Assembly: GCF_963921235.1 (NCBI RefSeq)
Contig: NC_086097.1
Span: forward strand, 105,464,001 to 105,528,000
Origin: Mobula hypostoma
Lineage: Eukaryota
Reading direction: 5' to 3'
DNA length: 64,000 nt
Position 1 is the first letter of the stretch; each line of letters opens with the position of its first letter. Under the pieces are notes generated by a model. It saw only the letters and a list, made by a program, of their open reading frames with translations, had not been told where the DNA came from and did no database searches. Shown one piece after another: positions 13,270 to 27,100 of this stretch. Both the position numbers and the translations under genes were made by a program.

Positions 13270-13675
13270 TGTAAGGCCAGTGATGTTGTGGGGATGGAAC
13301 TGGACTCTCTGACGGTGATGTCTGAAAAGAGGATGCTATCTAAGTTGCATGCCATCTTGGTCAATGTCTCCCATCCACTACATAATGTACTGGGTGGGCA
13401 CAGGAGTACATTCAGCCAGAGACTCATTCCACCGAGATGTAACACTGAGCGTCATAGGAAGTCATTCCTGCCTGTGGCCATCAAACTTTACAACTCCTCC
13501 CTTGGAGGGTCAGACATCCTGAGCCAATAGGCTGCTCCTGGACTTATTTCATAATTTACATATTACTATTTAACTATTTATGGTTCTATTACTATTTATT
13601 ATATATGGTGCAACTGTAATGAAAACCAATTTCCCCCAGGATTAATAAAGTATTACTATGACTATGAATATGACT
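13270..13675 (+). mobile_element. 3' fragment of Rex1/Babar LINE family B
   Basis: ORF 13249..13530 repeats the C-terminus KASDVVGMELDSL...GGSDILSQ; AT-rich 3' UTR and (TATGAC)n tail. Confidence 0.93.
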
Positions 13676-14906
13676 ATTCTGTAATCACCATAGAGTGAAC
13701 ATTTTCCCATTCTGTAATCACCATAGAGTGAACATTTTCCCATTCTGTAATCGCCATAGAGTGAACAGTTTCCCATTCTGTAATCACCGTAGAGTGAACA
13801 GTTTCCCATTCTGTAATCACCATAGAGTGAACAGTTTCCCATTCTGTAATTAGGATAGTGTGGATAATTTCCCATTATGTAATCATCATCTGGTGAACAC
13901 TTTCCCATTTGCAATCAACATAGGTTGTATAGTTTCCCATTCCGTAATCAGAAAAATGTACACAGATTCCCATTCTGTAATCACTGTGGAGTGTACAGTT
14001 TTCCAATTCTGTGATCACAATAGAGTGAACAGTTTCCCATTCTTACTCACCATAGGTTGGAATGTTTCTCAATCTGTAACCACCATAGGGAGTACAGTTT
14101 CCCATTCTGTAATCATGATCGAGTGAATACTTTCCCATTCGGCAATCAGCATAGGTTGTACCCATTCCGTAACCATTCAAAATGTGAACAGTTTCCCATT
14201 CTGTAATCAGCACAGTGTGAACAGTTTCCAATTCTGTAATCAACTTAGTTTATATAGTTTCCCAATCCGTAATCACCAGAAGGTGCATATTTTCCCATTC
14301 TGTAATCACCATAGTGTGAGCAGATTCACATTCTGTAATCACCAAAGGGCGTATTGTTTCCCATTCTGTAATCACTCTAGGGTGAAGAGTTTCCCATTCT
14401 GTCATGACCATAGTGGGAACACTTTCCCATGCTGTAATCACAATAGGTTGCATAGTTTCCCAATCTGTAATCACCAGAAGGTGGATATTCTCCCATTATG
14501 AAATCACCATAGGGTGCACAGTTTCCCCTTCTGTAATCACCATAGATATTATGAACAGATTCCCATTCTGTAATCACCATAGTTTGAAGAGTTTCCCATT
14601 CTGTATTCCCTGTAGAGTGAACAGTTTCCCATTCTGTAATCATCATCGAGTGAATACTTTCCCATTTTGTAATCACCACAGTGTGAACATTTTCCCATTA
14701 TGTAATCACCATAGGTTGTGTAGTTTCCCATTCAGTAATCACCATCGGGTGTATATTTTCGCATTCTTTAATCACCATAGAGTGAACAGTTTCCCATTCT
14801 GTAATCACCATAGGTTGTATGGTTTCCCATTCTATACTTACCATCAGGTTTATAGTTTCCAATTCTGTAATCACCATAGAGTGAACAATTTCCAATTCTG
14901 TAATCT
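13676..14906. repeat. 33-bp satellite block
   Basis: Tandem monomers. Confidence 0.96.
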
Positions 14907-17900
14907 CATAGAACATAGAACATAGAATAGTACAGCACATTACAGGCCCTTCAGCCCACAATGTTGTGCCGGCCCTCAAACCCTGCCTCCTATATAACCC
15001 CCCATCTTAAATTCCTCCATATACCTGTCTAGTAGTCTCTTAAATTTCACTAGCGTATCTGCCTCCACCACTGACTCAGGCATTTCATTCCATGCACCAA
15101 CCACTCTCTGAGTAAAAAACCTTCCACTCATATCCCCCTTGAACTTCCCACCCCTTACCTTAAAGTCATGTCCTCTTGTATTGAGCAGTGGTACCCTGGG
15201 GAAGAGGCGCTGGCTATCCACTCTATCTATTCCTCTTATTATCTTGTACACCTCTATCATGTCTCCTCTCATCCTCCTTCTCTCCAAAAAGTAAAGCCCG
15301 AGCTCCCTGAATCCCTGATCATAATCCATACTCTCTAAACCAGGCAGCACCCTGGTAAATCTCCTCTGTACCCTTTCCAATGCTTCCACATCCTTCCTAT
15401 AGTGAGGTGACCAGAACTGGACACAGTACTCCAGGTGTGGCCTAACCAGAGTTTTATAGAGCTGCATCATTACATCGCAACTCTTAAACTCTATCCCTCG
15501 ACTTATGAAAGCTAACACCCCATAAGCTTTCTTACCTACCCTATCTACCTGTGAGGCAACTTTCAGGGATCTGTGGACATGTACCCCGAGATCCCTCAGC
15601 TCCTCCAGATTAGCAAGTATCCTGCTATTTACTTTGTACTTTGCCTTGGAGTTTGTCCTTCCAAAGTGTACCACCTCACACTTCTCCGGGTTGAACTCCA
15701 TCTGCCACTTCTGAGCCCACTTCTGCATCCTATCAATGTCTCTCTGCAATCTTCGACAATCCTTTACACTGTCTACAACACCACCAAACTTTGTGTTGTC
15801 TGCAAACTTGCCAAAGCACCCTTCTACCCCCACATCCAGGTCGTTAATAAAAATCACGAAAAGTAGAGGTCCCAGAACAGGTCCTTGTGGGACACCACCA
15901 GTCAGAATCCTCCAATCTGAATGTATTCCCTCCACCACGACCCTCTGTCTTCTGCAGGCAAGCCAATTTTGAATCCACCTGGCCAAACTTCCCTGGATCC
16001 TATGCCTTCTGACTTTCTGAATAAGCCTACCGTGTGGAACTTTGTCAAATGCCTTACTAAAATCCATATAGATCACATCCACTGCACTACCCTCATCTAT
16101 ATGCCTGGTCACCACCTCAGAGAACTCTATCAGGCTTGTTAGACATGATCTGCCCTTCACAAAGCCATGCTGACTGTCCCTGATCAGACCATGATTCTCT
16201 AAATGCCCAGAGATCCTATCTCTAAGAATCTTTTCCAACAGCTTTCCCACCACAGACGTAAGGCTCACTGGTCTATAATTACCCGGACTATCCCTACTAC
16301 CTTTTATGAACAAGGGGACAACATTCGCCTCCCTCCAATCCTCCAGTACCATTCCTGTGGAGAACGAGGACATAAAGCTCCTAGCCAGAGGCTCAGTAAT
16401 CTCTTCCCTCGCCTCATGGAGCAGCCTGGGGAATATTCCGTCAGGCCCCGGGGACTTATCCATCCTAATGTATTTTAACAACTCCAACACCTCCTCTCCC
16501 TTAATAACAACATGCTCCAGAACATCAACCTCACTCATATTGTCCTCACCATCATCAAGTTCCCTCTCATTGGTGAATACCGAAGAGAAGTATTCATTGA
16601 GGACTTCGCTCACTTCCACAGCCTCCAAGCACATCTTCCCAACTTTATCTCTAATTGGTCCTACCTTCACTCCTGTCATCCTTTTGTTCTTCACATAATT
16701 GAAGAATGCCTTGGGGTTTTCCTTTACCCTGCTCGCCAAGGCCTTCTCATGCCCCCTTCTTGCTCTTCTCAGCCCCTTCTTAAGCTCCTTTCTTGCTTCC
16801 CTATATTCCTCAATAGACCCATTTGATCCTTGCTTCCGAAACCTCATGTATGCTGCCTTCTTCCACTTGACTAGATTTTCCACCTCACTTGTCACCCATG
16901 GTTCCTTCACCCTACCATTCTTTATCTTCCTCACTGGGACAAATTTATCCCTAACACCCTGCAAGAGATCCCTAAACATCGACCACATGTCCATAGTACA
17001 TTTCCCTGCAATAACATCATCCCAATTCACACCCGCAGGTTCTAGCCTTATAGCCCTTCCCCAGTTAAAAGATTTCCTGTCCTCTCTGATTCTATCCTTT
17101 TCTATGATAATGCTAAAAGCCAGGGAGCGGTGGGCACTGTCCCCCATATGCTCACCCACTGAGAGATCTGTGACCTGACCTGGGTCATGACCTAGTACTA
17201 GATCTAGAATAGCATTCCCCCTGGTCGGCCTGTCCACATACTGTGACAGGAATCCATCCTGGACACACTTAACAAACTCTGCCCCATCTAAACCCTTGGA
17301 ACTAATCAGGTGTCAATCAATATTAGGGAAGTTAAAGTCACCCATGATAACAACCCTGTTATTTTTGCACCTTTCCGAAATCTGCCTCCCAATCTGCTCC
17401 TCTGTATCTCTGCTGCTACCAGGGGGCCTATAGAATACTCCCAATAGAGTAACTGCTCCCTTCCTGTTCCTGACTTCCACCCATACTGACTCAAAAGACG
17501 ATCCTGCTACATTACCCACCCTTTCTGTAGCTGTAATAGTATCCCCGACCAGTAATGCTACCCCTCCTCCCCTTTTTCCGCCCTCTCTATCCCTTTTAAA
17601 GCACAGGAATATTGAGAATCCATTCCTGCCCTGGTGCCAGCCAACTCTCTGTAATAACCACTACATCATAATTCCATGTATGTATCCAAGCTCTCAGTTC
17701 ATCACCTTTGTTCCTGATGCTTCTTGCATTGAGGTGCACACACCCTTTTGCCTTACTACCTTTACACATTTATTCTGCTTCTCTTTCCTCAAAGCCTCTC
17801 TGTATGTTAGATCTGGCTTTACTCCATGCACTTCTTTCACTGCTCTATCGCTCTGGGTCCCATCCCCCTTGCAAATTAGTTTAAACCCTCCCAAACCATG

Positions 17901-18424
17901 CTAGAAAACCTACCTGCAAGGATATTGCTCCCCCTCGAGTTCAGGTGCAACCCATCCAATCTGTACAGGTCCCACCTTCCCCAGAAGGGATCCCAATGAT
18001 CTAAAAATCTAAAACCCTGCTCTCTGCACCAACTCCTCAGCTATGCTTTCAACTGCCATCTCCTCCAATTCTTACCATCACTGTCACGTAGCACTGGCAG
18101 CAATCCTGAGAACGCCACCCTTGAGGTCCTGTTCTTCAGCCTTCTGCCTAGTTCCTGAAACTCACACTTCAGGACCTCATCACTCTCCCTGCCTATGTCG
18201 TTGGTACCAACATGTATCACGACTTCTGGTTGCTTTCCCTCTCATACCAGGATGTTGTGCACCTGGTCAGAGACATCCCAGACCCTGGCGCCCGGGAGGC
18301 AACAAACCATGTGGGTGTCCTTCTCACGTCCACAAAATCTCCTGTCTGCTCCCCTGACTCTAGAGTCTCCAATGACTCTTCACCGTCCCACCCTTCTGCG
18401 CCACTGGGTCAGACTCAGTGCTGG
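14907..18424 (-). mobile_element. CR1 LINE, 5'-truncated inside ORF1
   Basis: (CATAGAA)n tail on the plus strand; ORF2 RT 14976..17237; APE endonuclease remnant (GVFYRPP, MGDFNFP); SGNH esterase remnant at ~17870-18380. Confidence 0.95.
14976..17237 (-). pseudogene. CR1 ORF2 segment (end of endonuclease plus RT), 753 codons open
   Basis: KSPGPDG, GNYRPVSLTS, QHGF, MDFSKAFD, GVPQG, RPHLEYCVQFWSP; the catalytic motif reads FADN; the upstream endonuclease is frameshifted. Confidence 0.93.
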
Positions 18425-18752
18425 AGGATGAAATTCTCCATAAGGTGAAATGTTTCCCATTCTATAATCACAATACGGTGAACCATTTCTATTCTGTAAT
18501 CACCATAGGGTGAACTGATTCCCATTCTGTAATGACTATAAAATGTTCAGTTTCCAATTGTGTAATCTCCATAGAGTGAACAATTTCCCATTCTGTAATC
18601 ACCGTGGAATGAACAGTTTCCCATTCTGTAATCTCCATAGACTTAACTTTCCCATTTTGTAACCACCATAGTGTTAACAGGTTCCCATTCTCTAATCACC
18701 ATAGGTTGAACAGGTTCCCATTCTGTAATCTCTATAGAGTGAACAGTTTCCC
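18425..18752. repeat. 33-bp satellite block
   Basis: About 10 monomers. Confidence 0.94.
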
Positions 18753-19918
18753 TGTCACAGTGGGGACGCTGGTGATGGGAACAGACCCAAATGCAAGACA
18801 GACACTGAAGTACAAGGTACAGGACTTGACTAGAGTAGGGACGTGACAGGATTCAGACAAGGAGCAGGGACAAGAACACAGACTTGTGCTTGGACCCTGA
18901 GCCAGAGACTGGTCAAGGACCCAGAACCTCAGCCTTGCCTCGAGCTTCGGCCCCAGAACCAGGCATGGACATGACGTGACTTCATGACTGGAGGCTGGGG
19001 TCTTGAGGCTTGAGGCTTGGAGACAGGGTTGGAGGCTTCAGACTTGGGGTCTTGAGGCTTGAGGCTTGGAGACAGGCTTGGGGTCTTGACGCTGTAGGTT
19101 GGGGTCTTGGGTCTTGGAATGCGGAGTCTGATAACTCGGAGGCTGGAGCTTGGAGATAAACTGGGAACTGTACATCAACATGGAGCCGGGACTTATCCTT
19201 CGAAAAGCCAGGACTCATCTTCAACACGACACCAACATGAGACAGGACAGTACATAGACAAAGAGCCGGGACTTATACTTAGACCTGCCAGGACTCAACA
19301 TCATCTCCACACCAAGGTGGGACAGGACCATCCGTTAGGTAACGGCAGAACGGCCGGACTTACCCAACAGAGGCAAAGAAAAGACAAGACAAGACAGGAC
19401 CCTCCGCAGGGCAACGGCAGAACAGCCTGACTTACCCCACTGAAGCAAGGACAAGACAAGACAGATCCCCCCACAGGGCAATGGCAGAATGGCCTGACTT
19501 ACCCCACGGAGGCAAGGACAAGACAAGACAGATCCCCCCGCAGGGCAACGGCAGAACGGCCTGACTTACCCCACAGAGGCGAGGCCAACAAGAGACAAAC
19601 ACCAAAGAACAACAGACAGTTCCATCTCTGCATTGGTGATTGAACTCGACAGTGGTGCAGACAAGGTATCCAGGCAGAGGGTCAGGCGAGGTTTCCAGGC
19701 AGAGAGTCAGGTAAGGGGGGGGGTGGGGGAGGGAGACAGAGAGGGAAACAGGACAGTCCAGCAGGGAATCCCTAGTTTGCAGAGGTATTTATGTCTCAGC
19801 ACCAAAACAAGAATCATGTGCCCACAGCAGAAACTGGGGAAAACCAGAAACCCTGGAACAGGGAATCATGGACCGGGCTGTGAACCGGAACACGGACTTC
19901 ACGGACCGGATCATGACA
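18753..19918 (-). mobile_element. Complete solo LTR (copy A; progenitor-type of the amplified composite unit)
   Basis: TGTCA...TGACA termini; 5-bp TSD TTCCC (18748-18752 / 19919-19923); no coding capacity; four internal ~65-bp repeats at 19341-19590; homologous to 29792-31207 in opposite orientation. Strand is inferred from that homolog. Confidence 0.85.
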
Positions 19919-20001
19919 TTCCCATTCTGTAATCACCATTGAGTGAACAGTTGCCCAGTCTGCAATCACCATAGGTTGTATAGTTTACCATTCTGTAATC
20001 A

Positions 20002-23000
20002 CCATACAATCATATAACAATTACAGCACGGAAACAGGACATTTCGGCCCTTTTAGTCCATGCCGAACTCTTACTCTCACCTAGTCCCACCGACCTGCAC
20101 TCGGCCCATAACCCTCCAGACCTTTCCTGTCCATATATCTATCCAATTTAACTTTGAACGACAACATCAAACCTGCATCAACCACTTCTGCTGGAAGCTC
20201 GTTACATACAGCTACCACTCTCTGAGTAAAGTTCCCCCTCATACCCCTAAACTTTTGCCCTTTAACTCTCAATTCATGTCCTCTTGTTTGAATCTCTCCC
20301 CGTTCTCAATGGGAAAAGCCTATCCACGTCAACTCTATCAATCCCCCTCATAATTTTAAACACCTCTCTCAAGTCCCCCCTTAACCTTCTACACTCCAAA
20401 GAATACAGACCTAACTTGTCCGACCTTTCTCTGTAACTTAGGAGATGAAACCCAGGCAACATTTTAGTAAATCTCCTCTGTACTCTCTCAATTTTATTGA
20501 CATCTTTCCTATAATTCGGTGACCAGAACTGTACACAATACTCCAAATTTGGCCTTACCAATGCCTTATACAATTTCAACATTACATCCCAACTCCTATA
20601 CTCAATGTTCTGATTAATAAAGGCCAGCATACCAAAAGCTTTCTTCACCACCCTATCCACATGAGATTCCACCTTCAGGGAACTATGCACCATTATTCCT
20701 AGATCCCTCTATTCTACAGCATTCTTCAATGCCCTACCATTTACCATGTATGTCCTATTTTCATTAGTCCTACCAAAATGTAGCACCTCACATTTTTCAG
20801 CATTAAACTCCATCCGCCATCTTTCAGCCCACTCTTCTAACTGGCCTAAATCTCTCTGCAAGCTTTGAAAACCTACTTCATTATCCACAGCGCCACCTAT
20901 CTTAGTATCATCTGCATACTTACTAATCCAATTTACCACCCCATCATCCAGATCATTAATATATATGACAAACAACATTGGACCCAGTACAGATCCCCGA
21001 GACACACCACTACACACCGTCCTCCAATCTGACACAGAGTTATCCACCACTCCTCTCTGGCATCTCCCATCCAGCCACTGCAGAATCCATTTTACTACAT
21101 CGATATTAATGCCTAACAATCGATCCTTCCTAACTACCCTTCTGTGTGGAACCTTGTCAAAGGCCTCACTGAAGTCCATATAGACAACATCCACCGCTTT
21201 ACCTTCATCAACTTTCCTAGTAACCTCATCAAAAAATTCAATAAGGTTAGTCAAACATGACCTTCCATGCACAAATCCATGTTGACTGTTCCTAATCAGA
21301 TCCTGTCTATCCAGATAATTATATATACCATCTCTAAGAATACTTTCCATCAATTTACCCACCACTGACGTCAAACTCACAGGCCGATAATTGCTAGGTT
21401 TACTCTTAGAACCCTTTTTAAACAATGGAACCACGTGAGCAATACGCCAATCCTCCAGCACCATCCTTGTTTCTAATGACATTTGAAATATTTCTGTCAG
21501 AGCTCCTGCTATTTCCACACTAACTTCCCTCAAAGTCCTAGGGAATATCTTGTCTGGACTTATCCACTTTTATATTCCTTAAAAGCGTCAGTACTTCCTC
21601 TTCTTTAATCGTCATGCTTTCCATAACTACCCTTCTTGTTTCCTTTACCTTACACAATTCAATATCCTTCTCCTTAGTGAATACCGAAGAAAAGAAATTG
21701 TTCAAAATCTACCCCATCTCTTTTGGCTCCTGCAAATAGCCGTCCACTCTGATTCTCTAAGGGACCAATTTTATCCCTCACTATCCTTTTGCTATTAACA
21801 TAACTGTAGAAACCCTTTGGATTTATTTTCACCTTACTTGAAAAAGCAGCCTCGTATCTTCTTTTAGCTTTTCTAATTTCTTTCTTAAGATTCTTTTTAC
21901 ATTCTTTATATTCCTCGAGCACCTCATTAACTCCAAGCTGCCTATATTTATTGTAGATCCCTCTCTTTTTCCGAACCAAATTTCCTATATCCCTTGAAAA
22001 CCATGGTTCTCCAAACTTTGAACCTTTCCTTTCAACCTAACAGGAACATAAAGATCCTGTACCCTCAAAATTTCACCTTTAAATGACCTCCATTTCTCTA
22101 TTACATCCTTCCCATAAAACAAATTGTCCCAATCCACTCCTTCTAAATCCTTTCGCATCTCCTCAAAGTTAGCCTTTCTCCAATCAAAAATCTCAACTCC
22201 ATAATTATATTGAAACTAATGGTATTGTGATCACTGGACCTGAAGTGCTCCCCAACACATACCTCCGTCACCTGACCCATCTCATTCCCTAACAGGAGAT
22301 CCAACACTGCCCCTTCTCTAGTTGGTACCTCTATGTATTGCTGCAAAAAACTATCTTGCACACATTTGACAAAGTCCAAACCATCCAGTCCTTTCACAAA
22401 ATGTGCTTCCCAGTCTATGTATGGAAAATTAAAATCTCTCACAATCATAACCTTGTGCTTACTACAAATATCTGCTATCTCCTTACAAATTTGCTCCTCC
22501 AGTTCTCGGTCCCCATCAGGTGGTCTATAATATACCCCTATAAGTGTCACTACACCTTTCCCATTCCTCAATTCCACCCAAATAGCCTCCCTAGACGAGC
22601 CCACTAATCTATCCTGCCAGAGCACCACTGTTATATAATCTCTGACAAGCAATGCAGCACCTCCCCCTCTTGTCCCTCCTATTCTTTCACATCTGAAGTA
22701 ACGAAATCCTGGAATATTTAGTTGCCAATCACACCCCTGCGACCATGTTTCACTAATAGCTACAACATCATTTTTCCAGGTATCAATCCATGCTCTAAGC
22801 TCATCCACCTTTCTTACAATGCTCCAAGCATTAAAATAAATGCATTTAAGAAACTCTCCACCTCTTACTCTCTGTTTATCCTTAATGGAGTTAACAACTT
22901 TGTTATCTTTTTCTTCCTTGACCCCTACATCTTTCGTCTGAGTGCTCCCATTCTCTGTCCCCTGCCTATCCTCCCTCACACACTGTCTACTAGCTTTCTC

Positions 23001-24150
23001 TATTTGTGAACTAACCTCCTCTCTCCTACTCTCTTTAATTTGATTCCCACCCCCCAACCATTCTAGTTTAAAGTCACCTCAGTAGCCCTCGGAAATCTCC
23101 CCGCCAGAATATTGGTCCACCTAGGATTCAAGTGTAACCCGTCCTTTTTGTACAGGTCACACCTGCGCCAAAAGAGGTCCCAATGATCCAAAAACTTGAA
23201 TCCCTGCCCCCTGCTCCAATCCCTCAGCCACGCATTTATCCTCCACCTCATTGCATTCCTACTCTCATTGTCGCGTAGCACAGGCAGTAATCCCGAGATT
23301 ACTACCTTTGCGGTCCTTTTTTTCAACTCCCTTCCTGAATCCCTATATTCTCCTTTCAGGACCTCTTCCCTTTTCCTAACTATGTCATTGGTACCTATAC
23401 GTACCACGACCTCTGGCTCCTCTCCCTCCCACTTCAGGCTATCTTGGACGCGATCAGAAACATCCCGGACCCTGGCACCAGGGAGGCAAACTACCATCTG
23501 GGTCTCCGGACTACATCCACAGAATTGTCTATCTGACCCCCTAACTATAGAGTCCCCTATTACTACTGCCCTCCTCTTCCTTTCTCTACCATTCTGAGCT
23601 ACAGGGCCGGACTCTGTGCCGGAGGCACGGCCACTGTTGCTTCCCCCAGGTAAGCTGTCCCCACCAACAGTACTTAAAGAGGAGTACTTATTGTCAAGGG
23701 GCACAGGCACTGGGGTACTCTCTATCACCTGACTCTTCCTCTTCCCCCTCCTAACCATGAACCACTTGTCCCGTGGCCCCGGTGTGACCACCTGCCTGTA
23801 ACTCCTCTCTATCAACTCCTCACTCTCCCTGACCAGATGAAGGTCATCGAACTGCAGCTCCAGTTCCCTGACGCAGTCTCTTAGGAACTGCAACTCGGCG
23901 CAGGTGGCGCAGATGTGGACATCCAGAGGCTGGGAGACTCCAGGAACTCCCACATCCGGCACTCAGAACAACAAGCTGCCCTCACACTCATACTTACCCC
24001 TCTCCTCAAATAACAGGAAAAAATGAATACCAAACCTTCCTTGCCTCGCCCGTTTCTGCATAAGCCCGTTGAGCCAAAGCCCTTAAGCCTTCACTCTGCT
24101 CCCGGCTCACTCCGCAGCCCGCAGACTATGCTGCCCGATGTATAAGGCTC
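20002..24150 (-). mobile_element. Near full-length degenerate CR1 LINE
   Basis: ORF1 23063..23962; ORF2 in pieces 22143..23057 (APE endonuclease), 21674..21979, 20709..21533 (KYADDTK), 20274..20693 and 20081..20272; 5' UTR to ~24150. Confidence 0.95.
23063..23962 (-). pseudogene. CR1 ORF1 with Cys motif, coiled coil and SGNH/GDSL-type esterase domain
   Basis: HICATC, LRDCVRELELQ, VIGDSIVRG, IGTND, DGLHL motifs; the true N-terminus appears frameshifted. Confidence 0.88.
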
Positions 24151-27100
24151 TAACTATGTGTTTCCCATTCTGTAATCACCATAGGATGAACAATTTCCCA
24201 TTCTGTAATCACCATAGTGTGAACAGTTTCCTATTCTGTAATCACCATCGAGTGAACAATTGCATATTCTGTAATCACCACAGGGTGAGCAGCTCCCCCC
24301 CCCCCCCCGTAATCCAAATAGGTTGTAAAGTTTCCCATTCTGTAATCACCAGAGGGTGAACTGATTCGCAATCTGTAATGACTATAAAGTGAACAGCTTC
24401 CCATTGTGTAATCACCATAGGGTGTTCAGTTTTCCATTCTGTAATCACCATAGAGTGAACAGTTCCCCATTCTGCAATCACCATAGAGTGAACAGTTCCC
24501 CAATCTGTAATCACCATAGCTGTATCATTTCCCATTCTGTAATTACCACAGAGTGAACAATTTCCTATTCTGTAATCACCATTGGGTGAATAGTTTCCCA
24601 TTCTGTAATCAACATAGGTTGTATAGTTTCCCATTCGGTATTTACCGCAGAGTGCACAATTTCCCATTCTGTTATCACCGTAGAGTGAACAGTTTCCCGT
24701 TGTGTAATCAGAATAGTGTGAACAGTTTCCTATTGTGTAATCACCATAGTGTTAACAGTCTCCCATTCTGTTCTCACCATAGAGTGAACAGGTTCCCGTT
24801 CTGAAATCTCTGCAGAGAGAACAATTTTTAATTCTGTAATCGCCAGAGGATGAAATGTTTCCTATTCTGTGATCACAATATGGTGAACAATTTCCCATTC
24901 TGTAATCACCATAGGTTGGACTGATTCCCATTCTGTAACGAGTATAAAGTGAACAGCTTCTGATTGTGTAATCACCATAGAGTGAACAGCTTCCCATTCT
25001 GTAATCACCATCGAGTGAACAGTTTCCCATTCTGTAATCAACATAGGTTGTATACTTTCCCATTCTGTAATCACCATAGTCAACAGTTTCCAATTTTGTC
25101 ATCACCACAGAGTGAACAGTTTCGCATTCTGTAATCACCACAGAGTGAACAGTTTCCCATTCTGTAATCACCACAGAGTGAACAGCTTCCCAATTTCTAA
25201 TCACCATAGAGCGAACAGTTTCCCGTTCTGTCATCACAACAGAGTGAACAGTTTCCCATTGTGTAAACAGAATAGTGTGAACAGTTTACTATTGTGTAAT
25301 CAACATAGTGTTAACAGTTTGCCATTCTGTTCCCACCATAGTGTGAACAGATTCCCATTCTGAAATCTCGGCAGAGAGATCAATTTTCAATTCTGGAATC
25401 TCCATAGGATGAAATGTTTCCTCTTCTGTAATCACCCTTGAGTGAACAGTTTCCCATTCTGTAATCAGCATAGTGTGAACAGGTTCCCAATCTCTAAACA
25501 CCGTGGTGTGGACAGTTTCCCATTCTGTCATCACCACAGAGTGATCAGTTTCCCTTTTTGTAATCAACATAGGTTGTATAGTTTCCCATTCTGCAATCAC
25601 CAGAGGGTGCATATTTGCCCATTCTGTAATCAGCACAGGGTGAACAGTTTCCCATTCTGTAATCACCATCGAATAGACAGTATCCAATTCTGTAATCACC
25701 ATAGGGTGAACAGTTTCTCATTCTGTAATCACCATCGGGTGAACAGTTTCCCATTCTTTAATCACAGCAGAGTGAGCAGTTGCCCTTTTGGTAATCACAA
25801 TGTGGTGAATAGTGTCCCATTATGTAATGACCATAGCTGTATAGTTTCCATTCTGTAATCAACAGAGTGAACAGTTTCCCATTCTGTAATCACCTCAGAG
25901 TGGACAGTTGCCCATTCTGTAATCACTGTAGGGTGAATAGTTTCCCATTCTGTAATCAACATAGGTTGTATAGTTTCCCATTCTGTAATCACCAGATGGT
26001 GTATATTTTCCCATTCTGTAATGACCACAGGTTGTTTTGTTTCTCATTCTGTAATGACCGTAGAGTGAAATGTTTCCCATTCTGTAACCACAATAGTGTG
26101 AACAGGTTCCCATTCTATCCTCACCATAGAGTGAACAGTTCCCCAATCTGTAATCACCATAGCTGTATCATTTCCCATTCTGTAATCACCATTGGGTGAA
26201 TAGTTTCCCATTCTGTAATCAACATAGGTTGTATAGTTACCCATTCGGTAATTACCGCAGAGTGCACTATTTCCCATTCTGTTATCACCGTGGAGTGAAC
26301 AGTTTCCCGTTGTGTAATCAGAATAGTGTGAACAGTTTCCTATTGTGTAATCACCATAGTGTTAACAGTCTCCCATTCTGTTCTCACCATAGAGTGAACA
26401 GGTTCCCATTCTGAAATCTCTGCAGAGAGAACAATTTTTAATTCTGTAATCGCCAGAGGATGAAATGTTTCCTATTCTGTGATCACAATATGGTGAACAA
26501 TTTCCCATTCTGTAATCACCATAGGTTGGACTGATTCCCATTCTGTAACGAGTATGAAGTGAACAGCTTCTGATTGTGTAATCACCATAGAGTGAACAGC
26601 TTCCCATTCTGTAATCACCATCGAGTGAACAGTTACCCATTCTGTAATCAACATAGGTTGTATACTTTCCCATTCTGTAATCACCATAGAGTCAACAGTT
26701 TCCAATTTTGTCATCACCACAGAGTGAACAGTTTCCCATTCTGTAATCACCACAGAGTGAACAGTTTCCCATTTTGTAATTGCCATCGAGTGAACAGTTT
26801 CACATTCTGTAATCCCCACAGTATGAAAAGTTTCCCATTCTGTAATCACCATAGTGTGAATAGGTTCCCATTCTCTAATCACCATAGAGTTAACAGACTC
26901 CCATTCTGCAAACACCATAGTGTGAACAGCTTCCCAATTTCTAATCACCATAGAGCGAACAGTTTCCCGTTCTGTCATCACAATAGAGTGAACAGTTTCC
27001 CATTGTGTAAACAGAATAGTGTGAACAGTTTACTATTGTGTAATCAACATAGTGTTAACAGTTTGCCATTCTGTTCCCACCATAGTGTGAACAGGTTCCC

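Noticed and set aside
13770..13830. Satellite core CAGTTTCCCATTCTGTAA resembles the MIR/CORE-SINE core (CAGTTTCCTCATCTGTAA) and contains TGGGAA (Ikaros/RBPJ-like) on the minus strand
   Set aside because: The matches are too short to separate from chance, and the rest of the monomer does not align; not supportable without a database search or binding data.
15573..17178. Antisense ORFs over CR1, Rex1 and Gypsy coding regions
   Set aside because: Shadow ORFs of TE coding strands with no recognisable domains.
23063..23962. SGNH esterase as a captured host gene
   Set aside because: An esterase domain is an established part of CR1-clade ORF1, and it lies in the expected position before ORF2.
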